Notes: generated by a model not told the origin, from the letters alone. DNA of 63,487 bases, filler included, from Lenisia limosa (GCA_001655205.1; 5 parts of 5 records of this genome joined end to end with filler, not necessarily neighbours in it); one strand, 5' to 3'; counted from the first letter of the whole stretch, positions 40,212 through 55,006 are shown. A program made the numbers and translations.

Positions 40212-42109
40212 AACTACCGACATTCTCACTGTTGAAACCTTATTTATTTTTTAGCCTGCCTTATAATCAACCTTACTTGCACCTCTTATAATTTGCTTAT
40301 AATACTACTCCACAAAAAAACTTTTTCCCGATCCGCCGCCGGGTCCTCTCTGGTTCCAGATGGTGAATCGGAGTTAGACCCGCCGACAATTGCCCGCCGA
40401 CGAACAGGGTTAACTTTGAACTTTGAACTTTAATGCATCAATAATCGGGGTATATTCCTAGAAACAGAAAAAAGTCTCCGATTTTTGCACTGGTACTGGG
40501 GGGTCCCATAAAAAAAACTCCTTTCCGTTTCTCCCTCCTCTTCTCATCACCGTAATAGTAGAAAGAAACTTCTTCTTCTTCTTCTTCTCCTTTTCAAAAA
40601 AGCTGAAAAAGCTTCGCCACTACTTCTCCGCCTTTGCCATTTTACATACCCAGGTTAATTCGAGAAACCCAGCGAATTGCACTCTCATCTGGGAAACAAT
40701 TATAAAAAAATTAATGAAGAAAAGATGATGGAAAAGAAAAAGGTGCACAAGGCGACATGATGAAGATATACAATACGGATTGTTTCAATTCAGAAGACAT
40801 TCCTTAAAATGACTACACCAAGCGGTAGTGATGTTCTCAAGGGCATACAGTCCAGATTAGAGTCACTCCCCTCATCATCAGGTATGTTCAAATCCTGGAT
40901 GTTACAACATCTTATTGTTCAGTTCAGGAGTTTGTGGAGGCGACAGACGAGCCTGTTTTGGCATTAATATTGACTACTGCGGACCCCCAAGGACCTCTTT
41001 GGGCAGAGGTACGTGGATGCTCCTCACTTTCCTTCATGACAACATTGTTGTTCTCGGCATATTCTATCAATTGATCAATTCCGTTATCTCATTCTGTAGT
41101 TTGCCAGCAGGGTTCCAAGGCTGCCTAATTGGACCATTGATGTTGCCCGCGTTGTTCTACAGCCAAGTGTGGGTTTTATATAAAGGATATTGATAGAGCA
41201 ATTCAAAGAATGACTCACAATCGGAAACTACAGTGTCACAATCTATTCCATTTGGCCTATTGTATATGTAGGGGTGTTCTGGGCCTTCTCCATTGACGAG
41301 TCTGTTGTCGGCATGCTGCGATGCGTCTGCTGTGGTCGCTGGTTTGGGGTGTGGGTTATGGCACTTGGCTATGTGAAATGGTATCCAGCGTCCAGTATGC
41401 ATATCGTATCATATTCCAGCGTCCAGTATGCATACCGTATCATATTCTTTTGAGAAAGAACTTCCCCATAATCATGGAATTGGGTATTTGTCCCCTTGTT
41501 TCATAACCTATGATAATCTGATAAGACCCCCTTTTTTAACTGTTTAGATTGTCTTTATGTAAGCAGTCACTGGGCATCTCCTCGGAAACCTCTCAAATCT
41601 GAAGTGGGGGGCAAATGGCATTATAAGAGTGGTGTGTTTCAAAACTATCCTCCTTACCGCCTGCATCATTTATCCATTGTTTTTTGCATCATCGATCCAT
41701 TGTTTTTGAAGTGGTGTCAATACACAAATCACGGTCTTCTTAGGCGTCTTCAGCATCGTTGTGGAAGAACAGCTTTCTCGAAGCCACGCTTGGGCATCAT
41801 GCTTCCCTTGTTTGTGGCTCTCCCATTTTAATATATTGTGTATAAACCTTGGATATTTCTTTCAATTGCTTCTTTAAGTGGATAATATTACTTCCCTCCA
41901 CAATGTAATGTTATTTATTGCCACATCTCTAACACGAAAAGCCCTCCGCCACTGCAAAACTCATTGCCGCGGCAGACACCGACCCCACCCTGTGTCAGCC
42001 TTGGAGTCAAGATGAGAGTGGGATATATATGTGCTGTTGATGTTAAAGGGCGGTTAATCTATTTAAAGGTGCAGATCAAAATAAATAATGATTTTTTCTG
42101 AACCCAACC

Positions 42110-44260
42110 ATTGATAAAACTCTTAGTCCCTCGGTGCCTTGTAGACGGTTTACTCTACTTTGTGACCAAAGAGGAGGAAGATGCGATTAAAACAAAAGGT
42201 GGGCTCTGAGCTTACCAAGTTCGTGTAACAGCCTGATTAATATTCTCCTTCATTTAATGGTATCGATCTTTTATTACGTTTTAGACTACCATCGCATTTC
42301 AGCTCTTTCCAAGTTCCGCAGCGAGATAACCGCTGCATGTAAAGGGGCATCAAATTGTTCTGGGTATGTAAGAAGCTATTGAACCACTCCGGGCGGTTTT
42401 TTATTTATTGTTTTGGCATTAATATTACTGTTAAGGCATGCCCATTTGCTGTCCTCTTGCGAAAGTGAATTCAAAACCTCTCTCGACATCCATTACGACA
42501 AAGTTCAAGGTCGGATATCCCACTTTTGGTTTACGCTGGTATCACTATCCTGAAAAGGGACGAATGTAAAAAAATTAAGTTTTACAACTGCAGGTCCCCC
42601 TATATGGCTGACCTTTGTGGAAAGCCTTCTGGTTGAAGGTTCAGACATATCAACTGTTTGTTTGGCCAGACTTCCTCTTATTTTCATCTCTCATTTAAGT
42701 AATTACGTAAACTGCTTGTTCACTCCCAAAATGGAATCTTTGGATTGTATTTGGCTAGTGCTACAGTTATAACAATATAGGTGACCTCTATACTGAACAG
42801 CAGTCTGGAAAATGACCCTACTAATTCGGCGCTTTGTCTTTTGGCGGTGTATATCATTAGAATACTTGGTTTGTTTAACACTATCGTCTGGTCAGATTAA
42901 TATTTCTGACATATCAAGTGTTTCTTTTAATTCATATTTTTCTTTTATTCTTTTATTAGGCGGTCAACATCCCTCAACAACCGAATCATATGTCTTCGAG
43001 CTGAGAACGCTCCTCTCCAGGTTCCCCAGCGTTCAGGTTGGACATTTTCAACACTGTTTTTGCTAAATACTGTAGATACCAACATCAATCCTGACATTAC
43101 TTCAACTGGTGGTCACTTTAGAGCGGCTTGAAATAGGGTAAGAAGTCACAGCGTATCTTCAAGCACCTCACTTTTCAGGACAGTAATCCAGTACATTTGT
43201 TTGCTTGTAGCTAACTTGATGCTCAAACTAGAACCAGTCTCAGTTGATCAAAGTGGGCTTGTTCAGCCAATTGCAACTGACACGACTCTTATAATCCTTG
43301 AATAACTACGTGTAGCGCAACGAGAAAAAAATGGACTACTTGTTGAACACTCACCAAACCCGTCTCCCAGCTTCACGGTGAGATTCCCTCTAGAAAGTGA
43401 CCATGCATGAGGAAGAGATAATTGACACAATAGATATGATATCATATATTATACTACATAATACCGCTCGTTATGCGCTTTCTACGCTCTTACTAAAATG
43501 GTTGTAAATCTACATATGGGTTCACTTTAGTTCCCCAAAAAACAAGTGAAGATCCATTTTATGTTCTCTTCAGACCGAAGATCTTGAAGGTCGATACCAG
43601 GCTTGGTTGAAGTCAATATCCAAAAGGTCTGTCCATTCTTTCACTACTGAAAAGATGAACAGCTGTTGACTTTTGTAGGCCGAAGGCTTCAAAAAGACGT
43701 CCAAGTAGCAGCATTTCACAAAAACCAAAAGCTCAGCGATTAGGTTCGGTTTTTTTAATAGTAAAATCATTTTGCCTGCAAAGGACTTTCTTTTTCAAAG
43801 GCCGAATTCTGTTGTATTTAACCTTGTTAATTTTTGCATCTAAAATTACCACAGTCGAAGCTGAAGGTTCCCCAGAGCCCTGCCAGTCACCAAGTGATTC
43901 TACCACGGCCTCTTTGCAGCTTTTTGGTAGGCACACGGATACTGTTCAGATGACTTCTCCATCAGCAAATTAACCTTCGATGCACCACTCTTTTGCAAAT
44001 TTATTCCCCCCAAGGGAGTATATCTATGAGAACTCTGGCCCATTTCGTGGTATTCCTCAATGACTCCAACATCAGGTTTGCTGAACCGCCATCCTCGGAG
44101 CGGAGATTCGTTTATCATTAGAGCGTAACGTTATAGTGTGGAGCCGTTTATCGAGGTCTTGATGAAGCTCTGTATTGATTCTGATGTACTTGATTCAGCT
44201 GAACAGTTCACCAAGCCAAATGAATCCTTCGTATCAGCATCTTTGGTGGGGGAATGATGT
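42110..44260 (+). CDS. Hypothetical multi-exon gene (3' part may be disrupted)
   Basis: Consecutive GT-AG exons: LVPRCLVDGLLYFVTKEEEDAIKTK, DYHRISALSKFRSEITAACKG, HLLSSCESEFKTSLDIHYDKVQGR, ESYVFELRTLLSRFPSVQ and TEDLEGRYQAWLKSISK. Frame breaks appear after ~43930. Confidence 0.4.
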
Positions 44261-44899
44261 TGATTGTTAATTGTTCTCCGCATACTACTAAGTACATTTC
44301 GTGTTTTACTCTGTAGGTCACATCTGTTTTCTGCAGTCTTCTATCGCTCATCAAGACCAATGGTTTGCAGGAGATGACTTTTGCGTTTCAATCTTGGATT
44401 TTGAGAGGGTTTTGACGGAGTAGAGCTGCCATCCCTTCCAATTACATTTTGGAAAGTTCTCTCGATTCTTTTATGCAGTGAAACAGTTCCTTACCTCCTT
44501 TCGTGGCCTGAACAGCCAAGGTGAGCTGATGATGTATCACAACACATCAATGTGATGCTGTCTGTTGTGTTTGCTTCTATTGTGTAATAATGGATGCATT
44601 TTATAGTATTGACACAGTCTGTGGATGGAAAGTCTTGACCGACAGTCAGATTTCCCTTCAGTAATTATCGATCACTACCTTCAACGGACAGTGTTTTTAA
44701 TTATGATACAATGTAGTCTTTGCTGAAACATTGGTTTACCATTTAGTCAAAATGATGACATTCATCAAACCCCTTTACTACTGTTAGCAATTTTTGGTGG
44801 GAAGGATTGTATTGATTCAACTCAATGCCACAGTTCTACTTTTCCATTGTAATATGTTATCATGTTTTTTGTGGTATCTTGATCTGATTCTGTGTTTAA

Positions 44900-47560
44900 T
44901 GCAGTCTATTTTGTGATTTTTTGTTTTTATTAGTAACAATCTTAGAGGAAATTATTGAACCTGCTGTATTGGTAAGCTGGCTTATAATAGAAAACTATGA
45001 ATAAATAATTTTCGCAAACAATAATATACTATATGGTATCGTTAACGTTAACCCAGGCTTGTAACATTGCCAACACGGAAATCCAGAAAAAATCATCCGT
45101 AGCTCTCTCTTTTCTGACTGCACTTTTCAACATCTCTGGATGCCTCCCTGCTCGACTTCGCACTGGCCTCTCATGTACGCTCCGAATGTCTCCTTTTATA
45201 TTGCATGGAGCCATTGCTTGAGGTCACCCATTTTACATTGATAAAATATCAAGATAAAGCTGGTATTTTAACCATAAACTAGGGTCTCTGACGTCGAAGA
45301 TTGCAGTGCATCTCTTGAGACTAGCTCCATCTGTGACCAGGGGTCAGATATGCCTCCTGCCACCCTCCGAGTCAATTGTCGCCCTGTATGATGAGGTTAT
45401 TGATTGCCTGTCTTTATTACTCCTTTTGTACTGTGTTTCAGCCACCATCAAGGTGTTGATAGTTGCAGCTCGACCCTCACGACAGCCTTCTTGATAAGGG
45501 CCTTTCAGAGAGGGAGTGGACCAATGGACCCTGCTGAAGGACTAGGATTGGCATATTCCGAGTTTATTGCGTTCAAAACTGTCGCTAATGCCAAGCACAT
45601 CTCTTTGAATAACCAGTCGGTATGAAAAACAATTGCGAATCGGGTTCATCTTGATTCTCAAGTTGTAAAATGGCAAGATAAGCAAAGTCTCTGATGACTT
45701 TGATATTTTGGGTCTTTTTTTGATTACTACTTAGATCAATGAACCGGTATCGGAGAAAACCCCTCTAAGTATGATACTCTCTAATGTATGTGGAATCTCA
45801 TGAGTATCAGCATCTTTAATTCCATAATCGTAGTTGGACACTGTTCCATTGCTGACTTTCAGGCTATTTTCGAGTCTGAAAATGAAGTCTTTCTGCCGGG
45901 ACCCCAGCTTATTGACTGTAAGCCTGCGCATTTTCATTTCTAGAATAAATATCATACTATTATACAATTGTTATTGTTACATCGTTGCCCCATACTCATC
46001 TTGCCATAGGCCACTCGGGGTTTCTAACATGCCCGCCACCACCCAAACCTTCCCTTGCTGAAGTTTCCAAAGTCTTGTCGGCCTGGTCCTCTTTTCTATG
46101 TTCCTTCACTGAGTGTCGCTTTTGGAGGGACCATGGGGAAGGTCTGCTTGAAGCTCTAATGTGTTTTGATAAATAGTAGTTATTTTGACCTAGAATCACT
46201 CACAATTATAGCAACCACGCCGCTCAGTTCCAAATCAGTTTCATGGGAGCCCAAAGACCTGTCTCAGCAGACTTGCATGCTTATTTCATCCCTTATCATT
46301 TCCGCTTCATCACTGAAAGGTGTCACTGATGTACGAATTGGCTGTTTCGTACTAATTATACTTCAATTAGCAAGAGTTTCGATTAATAAACCAGCTAACG
46401 TCCGCTGACCCTTCATTGGGACACCTGAAGGCCTTTATGACATCCATCCTCCACTTCCTCAATCTTGCCATACCAAAGGTGGGAAGATTCTTGGTAACTG
46501 AGGAGTTCATCACTCTGTTGCTTTTTTCAACCGTGTTTCATCCCGCTGCAGCTGTCGACAGTTCCACGGGATATTCATCTGTCCCCCTGGGAGTTACCCC
46601 CTTTTGTCACCACTGTTGTTGCCCGTTGTCTTGGTCTTTGTGCGCACTTTGCTCAACTGAACAGGTTAGAGCTGATGGTTCTGCCGTATTGGACACTTTT
46701 GATAAGAAAACAAGAATTATATGTAGTATATATCGATATACAGACTATATCGATATGTCATTAGTGTTATTGAATCAAAACTCACCACCCAGCCACCTTC
46801 TGACAATCATCGTGAAGTCCTCCATCTGGAAGCTGTGCTCGTTTATCTTCAGTATGCTATACTCCTCCATTATTATTGAGTTTTGAACATTCTTTCACCC
46901 CCAGACCACCCGCCCGAGTCAGTCGGCGGCTACTTAGTGCTCAACGCTGCTGGCCATTTGGTACACACTTTGATCACAACGTGCAACAACGAAACAATTG
47001 CCACCTCAGAATGTGGGTTGTTGCCTGACTTGAAGACAGCATATTCTGCTCCAACTGACCATCAGGCAAGAGTATCCTCAGCAAGATTGGCGCCAATGCC
47101 AACTTCACGCGGTCTCTCTTCATTACGGCTTGTATGGCGTGGAGGCCTTTTGGTTGGTTCAAGTTTCACTCTGAAAAACTGATTGATCCTAACAACTATA
47201 AACACACTTTTAATATTTATCAAGGATTCATCAATAGATTACATTATATATAGTCACACTCCCAGACGTGTCGCTGACTTCATGGCTCCGAACTCGACCG
47301 ATTATTCACATATTGAACCATATCGAGTCAAAAGGGGTAGGACTCACTGCATTTGGTATTTCTCTCCCTCATGGCATTGATGGCCTTCAGCCATTGTCGC
47401 CGGCCACTTCTTCGACATCATCCATTGCTTTGGAAAATGACCCGGTTGTCTTTCAGGCTGCAGCATATTGCATGAGAGCTCTTGTGGGTTCATGGCAAGA
47501 TAGTATATATTCTTTAAGTTATCATGTTTCATTACGACCATGATAGTTTTTACCCTTTTA
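44900..47560 (-). pseudogene. Decayed multi-exon gene remnants
   Basis: Long protein-like frames with internal stops: ...NGQQQW*QKGVTPRGTDEYPVELSTAAAG*NTVEKSNRVM..., ...LAEDTLA*WSVGAEYAVFK... and ALMQYAAA*KTTGSFSKAMDDVEEVAGDNG*RPSMP*GREIP. Confidence 0.5.
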
Positions 47561-47699
47561 GTCAAGGCTTCTGCAGAACAGTGACAGTGCTGCGAGTTTG
47601 ACAATTCCATTAGGCAGAACAGGGGTAGAGAAACTGAAAGAAAACCCAGGTTCTATTGGGTTTGTGGCTTTTGCTGTATTTTTCTAGACTATTCTTATG

Positions 47700-48694
47700 A
47701 TATGGAGAAGTGGTCAGCCGAAGCTGAATGTGATACCTGACAATATTTGATAATATTTCTCATATATGATACGATAGACATGCTCACATTTCAAGGAGTC
47801 CCGTGACGTCTCGGCCGAACCCCTCCAACTCTCTACTCATGATTGGACTTGCTACCCTCGCGCGTCTGCCTGATAACACGGTATGTTCCGTGAAATGAGA
47901 ACAGAAAACGGTTTGTGAAATAATATCTCCATTAGCTGGTAACCTGCTTATGTTATTCCTTTGTCACTCTGCCAGCTTCACCGTTACCTTTGGTCCCTCA
48001 AAGTCATGCCTGCCTTGGCCGGAGTCCTTCGGAAGACTTTTGTTGATAAAGATGTCCAGGACGAAGCAGCCCAGTACTATAATGTAGGTGGTTCTTTATG
48101 ATTGTAGGAGTAGTTGAAACGCTACCTTTAGAACTGACCCTCTTTAACGCTAACATTCATCTTGTAATTTCTACACAGGCTGATACTTACACTTGTAGTC
48201 TACTTTTGGTGCTATTTTGACAAAGACTCTTTCAAAGCCTCTCGCAAAGATGACTGAAAGAGAATGTTGGAATATCATATAGTATTCTGTTTTCCTCTTT
48301 TTGGTATTGTCTGATGATTTAGCCCCCATAAACTTCCTTCGGTCCATTGTCATTCCTTTGAAAATCATGGTAAGGGGGATTGCGTTTTGCATCCTGTTCC
48401 TGGGTAGTTCACCAGGAGGAGTATCATTGTCTTTGTTGAATACATAGCTGCGCTCTAACAAGCTGCCAACCCGAATGGCCTCGTCTGGGGTGTACAAGAT
48501 GCTTGCGAAGTTTATCACTTTGGTGCTAGGTTGAAGGGCTAACAGTGTACTTGGTTGTTTGGGTCTGTTGTACGACCAGTCTCTCGCTCAACTGATGTAC
48601 ATAGGGCCTGCCAAGGAAAATGAGCCCAAGGATGTGCACTCCATACGAAGCAACTGCGACTGGATCTTAGGTTTCCTTTCAAAACTCAAAAAGA
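47700..48694 (+). CDS. Small hypothetical spliced gene (integrity uncertain)
   Basis: Exons ..MIGLATLARLPDNT, LHRYLWSLKVMPALAGVLRKTFVDKDVQDEAAQYYN, LRSNKLPTRMASSGVYKMLAKF and SLAQLMYIGP...LSKLKKK-TAA. One junction could not be put in frame. Confidence 0.35.
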
Positions 48695-48859
48695 AATAAG
48701 TTGGATGGTGGTAGTTGTATTTAATGTCTCGATTAAGAAATATGCTATGAATGATATCATGTTTTGGGTAACACACAAGCGTATCATTAGTATAGTCACA
48801 CTTTCGATACTAATAAATACTTAATAGATAATGAACATACACATAAACGAAACCCTAGG

Positions 48860-50706
48860 TTACCCTAAACGGACCCATACCCTGAAGAGCCCTTGGGTGC
48901 TGACCACGCCGGAGCCTCCACAGCCGATAGCAATGCTACTCTCCCAAATGCTCAACGAGGCCCTGTCATAGTCAAATCCAATCAAAAAAATTACGAAGCT
49001 TCCNNNNNNNNNNNNNNNNNNNNNNNNNNNNNNNNNNNNNNNNNNNNNNNNNNNNNNNNNNNNNNNNNNNNNNNNNNNNNNNNNNNNNNNNNNNNNNNNN
49101 NNNNNNNNNNNNNNNNNNNNNNNNNNNNNNNNNNNNNNNNNNNNNNNNNNNNNNNNNNNNNNNNNNNNNNNNNNNNNNNNNNNNNNNNNNNNNNNNNNNN
49201 NNNNNNNNNNNNNNNNNNNNNNNNNNNNNNNNNNNNNNNNNNNNGTGATAAACCGGTGGTAACCTACAAGATTGGCTCCACAGAGGTAGTGCGACGACCT
49301 GCAGTACTCGCCAGAATTGGCCAAAACCCCCCACGAGCTCGCTCCATAACTTCCCACAAGACCGCTTGTCAAACCATTTGAGAATCCTAATGGTATTAGA
49401 TACAACTTAGAGAAACAACAATGCAAGGAACCAACCATTTTGCACATACGACTTGGTGATAGATCCACTTAGACCACATTCGAATCTGAATAGTCATGGT
49501 CAGAACTGTGTGGCAGTAAAATACAGTATCATAACATCAGAAGGGGCCAACTTCCAAGAGGCTGTGGCAGAGAACAGACTCATATTCAAGAAGCCAAGAT
49601 AGTCGTCAGGCATAGGGGGGTCAGCAGGTGCCTATTAAGTGACGAATATATACATGTACCATGAAGGGCTTCATTCTGTATTGATAGAATGAATAATGAA
49701 TGTTTTAATTTCACCCTTTGAACGTACCAAATATGGAGCCTGCATTGAAAAGCTACCCTAAACTTATGAGACGATATCCTTTTTACCCAGCCCAGGTAGC
49801 TGTTCTTTCATACCGGTGTGGTTGTTGAGCCCGTGACACCGCCAACAAGTGCCCAATTGTCCGCATCGCAATACACTAATTCATAAGAAAAGGGTGCTTT
49901 CCCAAGCCAAGTTCCCACCTTTAACATATTGATTGTTAGTCCATACATAGCCCGTGGATTCTCCAGAGGCTTTTAGTGCAGTACAAGAATCAACTTGAGG
50001 TGTGAAAATTAAACTAGCTAAGGTTCCTGGCAACTTGTCATGAGCCAAAACGAGTCAATATCCTCCAACTGGGGCAAATAGCAGCCGAATCCCAGCCAGT
50101 CTCAGGACTACATGTCATCGTGCCTTTGACAACATCACCACAGAGGAACTGAACAGTTGGAGGAAGAATAAATACCCTGACAACTTTAATATCTCATACA
50201 TTCATGGTATTTTAACAGGAGAGAGCAGTCAAGATTAGGCGTATTATATATACCTCCTAGAGTCACCCACCTGGCAAGAGCCGCCTGCAGCAACGCTGAA
50301 TTCCGGGTTGCAGAACAAGGTGGCGCCATTGGCAGTAATCGGCATCGTTGAGCATGGGGCCACTTTTGGCCCAAGGGAGTTTATGAGCCTCTCTATCTCC
50401 TCCTGCGGTATGAGGAACATGTGCTTGAATAAGTCTCCTCAAGGTTCCCATCCAACTCTCGGGACAGCACTGAGCGGGTTGGTTGAGTTGGCAACCTCTG
50501 CAAAGAGGTTCCCCTCATAATTGATATTCACGGCGATTGCACTGAAAACGCATCTGAAAAAGGTTATTCCTAAAGTTGGATGCTGGAGGTCTCCATCCTC
50601 CCAGTGAGAGAACAACGGTTGCAACGTGTGAAATGTCAGTTATTATTGTTTAACAATTTAAAAATGTTTAAATATCTTACAAGAGGAGAGCAAGAAGAGT
50701 CCTCAT
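48860..50706 (-). CDS. Secreted protein with sushi-like Cys module and fibrinogen-related/intelectin-like domain (paralogue A)
   Basis: Spliced MRTLLALLLCVFSAIAVNINYEGNLFAEVANSTNPLSAVPREEIERLINSL...CNPEFSVAAGGSCQFLCGDVVKGTMTCSPETGWDSAAICPIDSCTALKASGESTGYVWTNNQYVKVYCDADNWALVG...FRVWVRLG-TAA. The SC..LK..G...G.Y...VYCD...W.LV pattern is the FReD N-terminal signature. One N gap lies inside. Confidence 0.6.
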
Positions 50707-50993
50707 GAGAAGGCCGTTCAAAACAAAGGAATCGCTCTCTTTTACAACTTTTAATTATACCTGTGTATTGCTAGTGTAGTGTATAGTTAGTTATTAGTAG
50801 TGAGTAGTGTAGTGTTGCAGTCTGCTTTTTTTTCCGGTTCCAGAGTTCAGTTCATCTCCCAGCCAAAGGAATGTTTGAAGCTGCGTAATAAACTGATAAT
50901 AAATGCATTAATACATTTCTACTGTATTTCTACATTAATTTCACAAGAAGAATAAATAAAGTGGTTCTTCTTATTTCAAAAGCTACTTGCTTA

Positions 50994-53596
50994 TCAGGTC
51001 CAAAGCACTGCTGATCCCTGTTCAGATTAATTCAAGAGGAAGTGTTACGCTCACAAAACCCCATTAACAATAAATTTAATACGAATAAAACATGCCCCCC
51101 CCCTCACGTCCATTGATGCGGTTAACATGCAAGGCTCTTTGGGGTGTAACACAACAGATGTGACGGTGGATTTGTGACATTGGTGGTCACCAATTACTTT
51201 ACCCTGGATATTAACAAATAATTTCAATAGTTTAGTTAAATCAGTACGGTGTTCCTTTGTATGCAAACAAGTCAGATCTCTTAGAGTACACACATACCGT
51301 CATAACATCCCAGGCAAGCACTCGACCATCTTCACTTCCAGAGAGTACCGTTTTCCCAGATGGGGAGAAGCATGCTCCTATACTGTAGCTTTGGTTGTCG
51401 TGGCCCGTGAAACTGATGAAATATTACTGACTTTTTTAAGTTTGAAAAGAAGTGATGATCCCAAAAGTGACGACACAATTCAGTTCCGAGCTTATTGCGA
51501 ATGAATAGCCAACCCACGCAGTGAGACACTCTCCTGTTTGGTGGTCCAAAAGTCGAAGGGTGCTATCCAATGTCGATGCAAGAACACATTTCGCATCGGA
51601 TGACAGCGCCACATGTGTCACCGGGTCTATGGTGTAAGAAAATAAAACAATTGCGTTAACAAAGGCAACCCCGACAAAGACTTCCATGGCAATATTCCAC
51701 CCCTCACGATTGATATTGCCGGTTAGTATGCCACCCCCCCCCCCNNNNNNNNNNNNNNNNNNNNNNNNNNNNNNNNNNNNNNNNNNNNNNNNNNNNNNNN
51801 NNNNNNNNNNNNNNNNNNNNNNNNNNNNNNNCGGTTAGGATTTTGCCTGTTCGAATATCAAAAGTACGAACAGTTCCATCTACACATCTAAAAAGTAAAG
51901 AAAAACAAGGTAGGCATTTCGATCAAAAATGGGGATTGATATTCACCTGAATATGAGAACTCTTCAATTTACATAAAATTTCGATTCAACCCTCATACCC
52001 CGCAATAATTTCAGCATCACCCATGACAAGACTCGTGACACTGTCATTGAACTGCTCCTAACAATATTAATTCCATTGTTAATACTGTTTGGTATGAATT
52101 CTATGGATGTAATTGATCACCAAACTTATGAAACGTGTAGAGTTCTATGTTCAAACAATGTAATACAGACAGGGCTTCACTTTGGTTCGAAAAATCCCGG
52201 TAAAATATCGATAGTTTTCGAGGATATATCGAGAAATTTCGTCTTTTTTCGAATCGAAGTGAAGCTCTACATGCAGAGAGTCACCAACCAGGGTTTGGAC
52301 AGATTCCTTATTCCGCGCTCGCAGGTCCCAGAAACGAATTGTAGAGTCGTATGAGCCTGTGCAACAAACTACAAGTATAAGGTGGTATTGGATTAACAAA
52401 GGAGTAAACACAATAATCGTTACCAAATTTTTTAAAGTAATTCTAATGGAACACTTTCTTTCATTGCATATTGTTTAAGTAAACCTCGCCAACTTGCCCC
52501 GTCCTGGCTGAGCACAATTGCGTTAATCCGTGATAAGTGACCTAAAAGGGGAGTTCATTCTGTAATGATATGATCACTTTTATCAGCAGTGTTGGTGTTG
52601 GTGTCGGGTAGAACGGCCGGGTCTCGGAAACATTACCGAACCTCACCTTGGAGTTTCTTTGTTGGGCTGCCGGTAGCTACATCCCAAACAAGTGCGTAAC
52701 GGTCTCCTCCACATGATGCCATTCTGAGCGTCACAACCCAAGATATATCAGATATTAAAAATACATTTAACGCATTAAACTCTGAGTAAAAAAAGACAAA
52801 TCTCAATAGAGTGTAATATGGGAATTAAAAAATGAATAGGTTTAAATATAGTCTATTCTAAAAAAAAAAAAAAAAAAANNNNNNNNNNNNNNNNNNNNNN
52901 NNNNNNNNNNNNNNNNNNNNNNNNNNNNNNNNTGTTATTATTGAAATAATACCTGTACAGCAACCCATGAACATACACTGAGTTGTCCTTGGAAACGTCA
53001 ATATCCAAGATCTCCTGGCCATGCCCTTGGTATGTCTGAATGTTAAATGGACGTGAGGCGACTGTCTCTTTCCATAGTTTTATTTTCCCCAGTATACCTT
53101 GATCATCATTCCTCTATGGGGGTTCCATAGCTTCACCATTCGGTCTTGTGCACCAGTCAAACAGTATTCTCCATCAGCTGAATGGTGAGCAATAGGACTG
53201 AATGTGATAAAAAAGATGAAAGAGCGACCGACGGTTGTTAACTTCAGAAAATACTGGCTCATCAACCGTACATGAAGGTATAGACCTCCTCACAGTTAAG
53301 CTTGACAACCATCACAGGTCCGGCATGCCCCCTCAGGACTTTCGTCTTGTTACAAGGGATTTTGAAGTTGTTTTCAGCATTCTCCCCTGGGGCTTTGGAG
53401 GCTGAGAGATGAGACGGGTCCAACAATTTTTGAGATTAATCACAGTATTTTATAATCATAAAGGCAGTTAACACACAGATTACTTCGTTATTAGTTAAGT
53501 GTAAATATGATATGATCTCCCAAAAAATGTAGCCAATCAAAAACACTTTATTCTAGTATAATCTAAAATAACATTCTTACCTGCTGGTTGTGCCAT
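50994..53596 (-). CDS. WDR83: WD40-repeat protein WDR83/MORG1
   Basis: Exons read LRGHAGPVMVVKLN.DGEYCLTGAQDRMVKLWNPHRGMMIKTYQGHGQEILD..., SCGGDRYALVWDVATG, GSYDSTIRFWDLRAR, STLDSTLRLLDHQTGECL, SGSEDGRVLAWDV and HPKEPCMLTAS, matching MORG1 along its length. Confidence 0.9.
52172..52267. mobile_element. MITE family 1, best-preserved copy (WDR83 intron)
   Basis: GGGCTTCACTTTGGTTCGAAAAA ... TTTTTTCGAATCGAAGTGAAGCTC|TA; ~23-bp imperfect TIR. Confidence 0.85.
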
Positions 53597-53686
53597 TGAA
53601 AAAGAGGCGAACACAGCTGACACGGCCACAGAATTCGAATGAAGAGAGTCGCGGCCGCAAGGTTTTTTTAAATTTTTTTTTGGGAG

Positions 53687-54194
53687 ATGGATGACAAGTT
53701 GATGAGCCTTTTTTCAAGGCCAAGTGGTGTCAATGTATATTTCCAGTATATCTATACTGGTTAACAGGGCAAGTTTTTCGTATCGCAAACAGTGTGGATG
53801 AAAAATGCAACATATTCCTCCCCTTCCACCGTTCGATCTTTAACGGTAAGCTGACAAGCAGAATTGTGGTGTTGGATAAGGGAGTTGCAAAATATTTGCC
53901 TTTCATTTACATCTCGTGCTCTACTTCATGTGTAGGTGCTTAATTCATGTAGGAAGTCATCAAGATGATCATGACTCTGTTGTTGAGCTTTCTTTCCAAA
54001 GATCTAACGGATTTCTGGTAGGTGATGCTCAGCTTTCCTCCTTTATCATTCTGCCCATTGATGAGCCCTACCCGCCCCGAGTCGAGATGGCTTGGGGTCA
54101 TAGCTATGATGAAGCTCGTATCGTTCTGAGGCGCAGTATAGTGTGTGAGAGCCTTCTTTCCCCCTGCTTGCTGATGGTGGCTTGTGTCGCTTGA
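53687..54194 (+). CDS. Hypothetical spliced gene divergent from WDR83
   Basis: MDDKLMSLFSRPSG/QVFRIANSVDEKCNIFLPFHRSIFNG/SHQDDHDSVVELSFQRSNGFL...PRVEMAWGHSYDEARIVLRRSI. The 3' end is uncertain. Confidence 0.4.
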
Positions 54195-55006
54195 CGTTTG
54201 AGCGGGGTGGAAGAATGTTCGTCACCCACTATGCTGTGTTTTCTTTTGGTACCATCTCGCTTCTTCTCACTATTGCAGCCCGTCCGGCATTTCATCTGAA
54301 GGGTACCTTTCTGTGTAGGTGGGGCTCCTCCTCGGTCTTCAAAGAAACTGTGACGAAATACATGCTAATTCGCAAACCCTCCATACGGCAGCGCGCTACA
54401 TTCTTTGTCGGCTGCGAGCCTGCTGGTGGTGTTGATGAGGTCATTTTTTTCTGTCTTGGGCGTATCCAAGTCCGGAGTTCTGTATTGTCTTTTCAGAAGC
54501 CTTCCCCAGACTGTTGTGATTCTTTTAGTTCCTGATATGGCCTCTGAATCCAAGCAATGAAGCAATTTGGTAAAGATATTGTCCTTCTTTCAATGTAGTA
54601 ATTTGGTCTTGAACTCCCACTTGTTTACCATATGATTTAACTTTGCACATTAAGTGTTACCTGGTTCCTAAATCCAACAATACCAATTTTGATGCACTTG
54701 ATGCAATGCATTTGTCGCCAAGTGGGTTCCAGGTGGGTTTCTTGGTGGTTTCTTGGCTCGGCGAGGCTTGCGGAACCTCGGGAGGTGTGTGATGAGCTTG
54801 GTTAACCTCCATCCAGGGGTGTGAGACCGGTGAGAGCATTGCATGGGGTGTTAGTGTCTATGCAAATGTAAAGCCCTCTAAGTCTTAGGCAAAAACTTGG
54901 CAAAATACACATTACTGACAATTCTGCCAAGAAAGAGGGTTGGGGGGAAAGAAACACAAGACAAAAGGGCGTAAGAGCTAAGGAGTGAATCAAACTTCAA
55001 AAACAG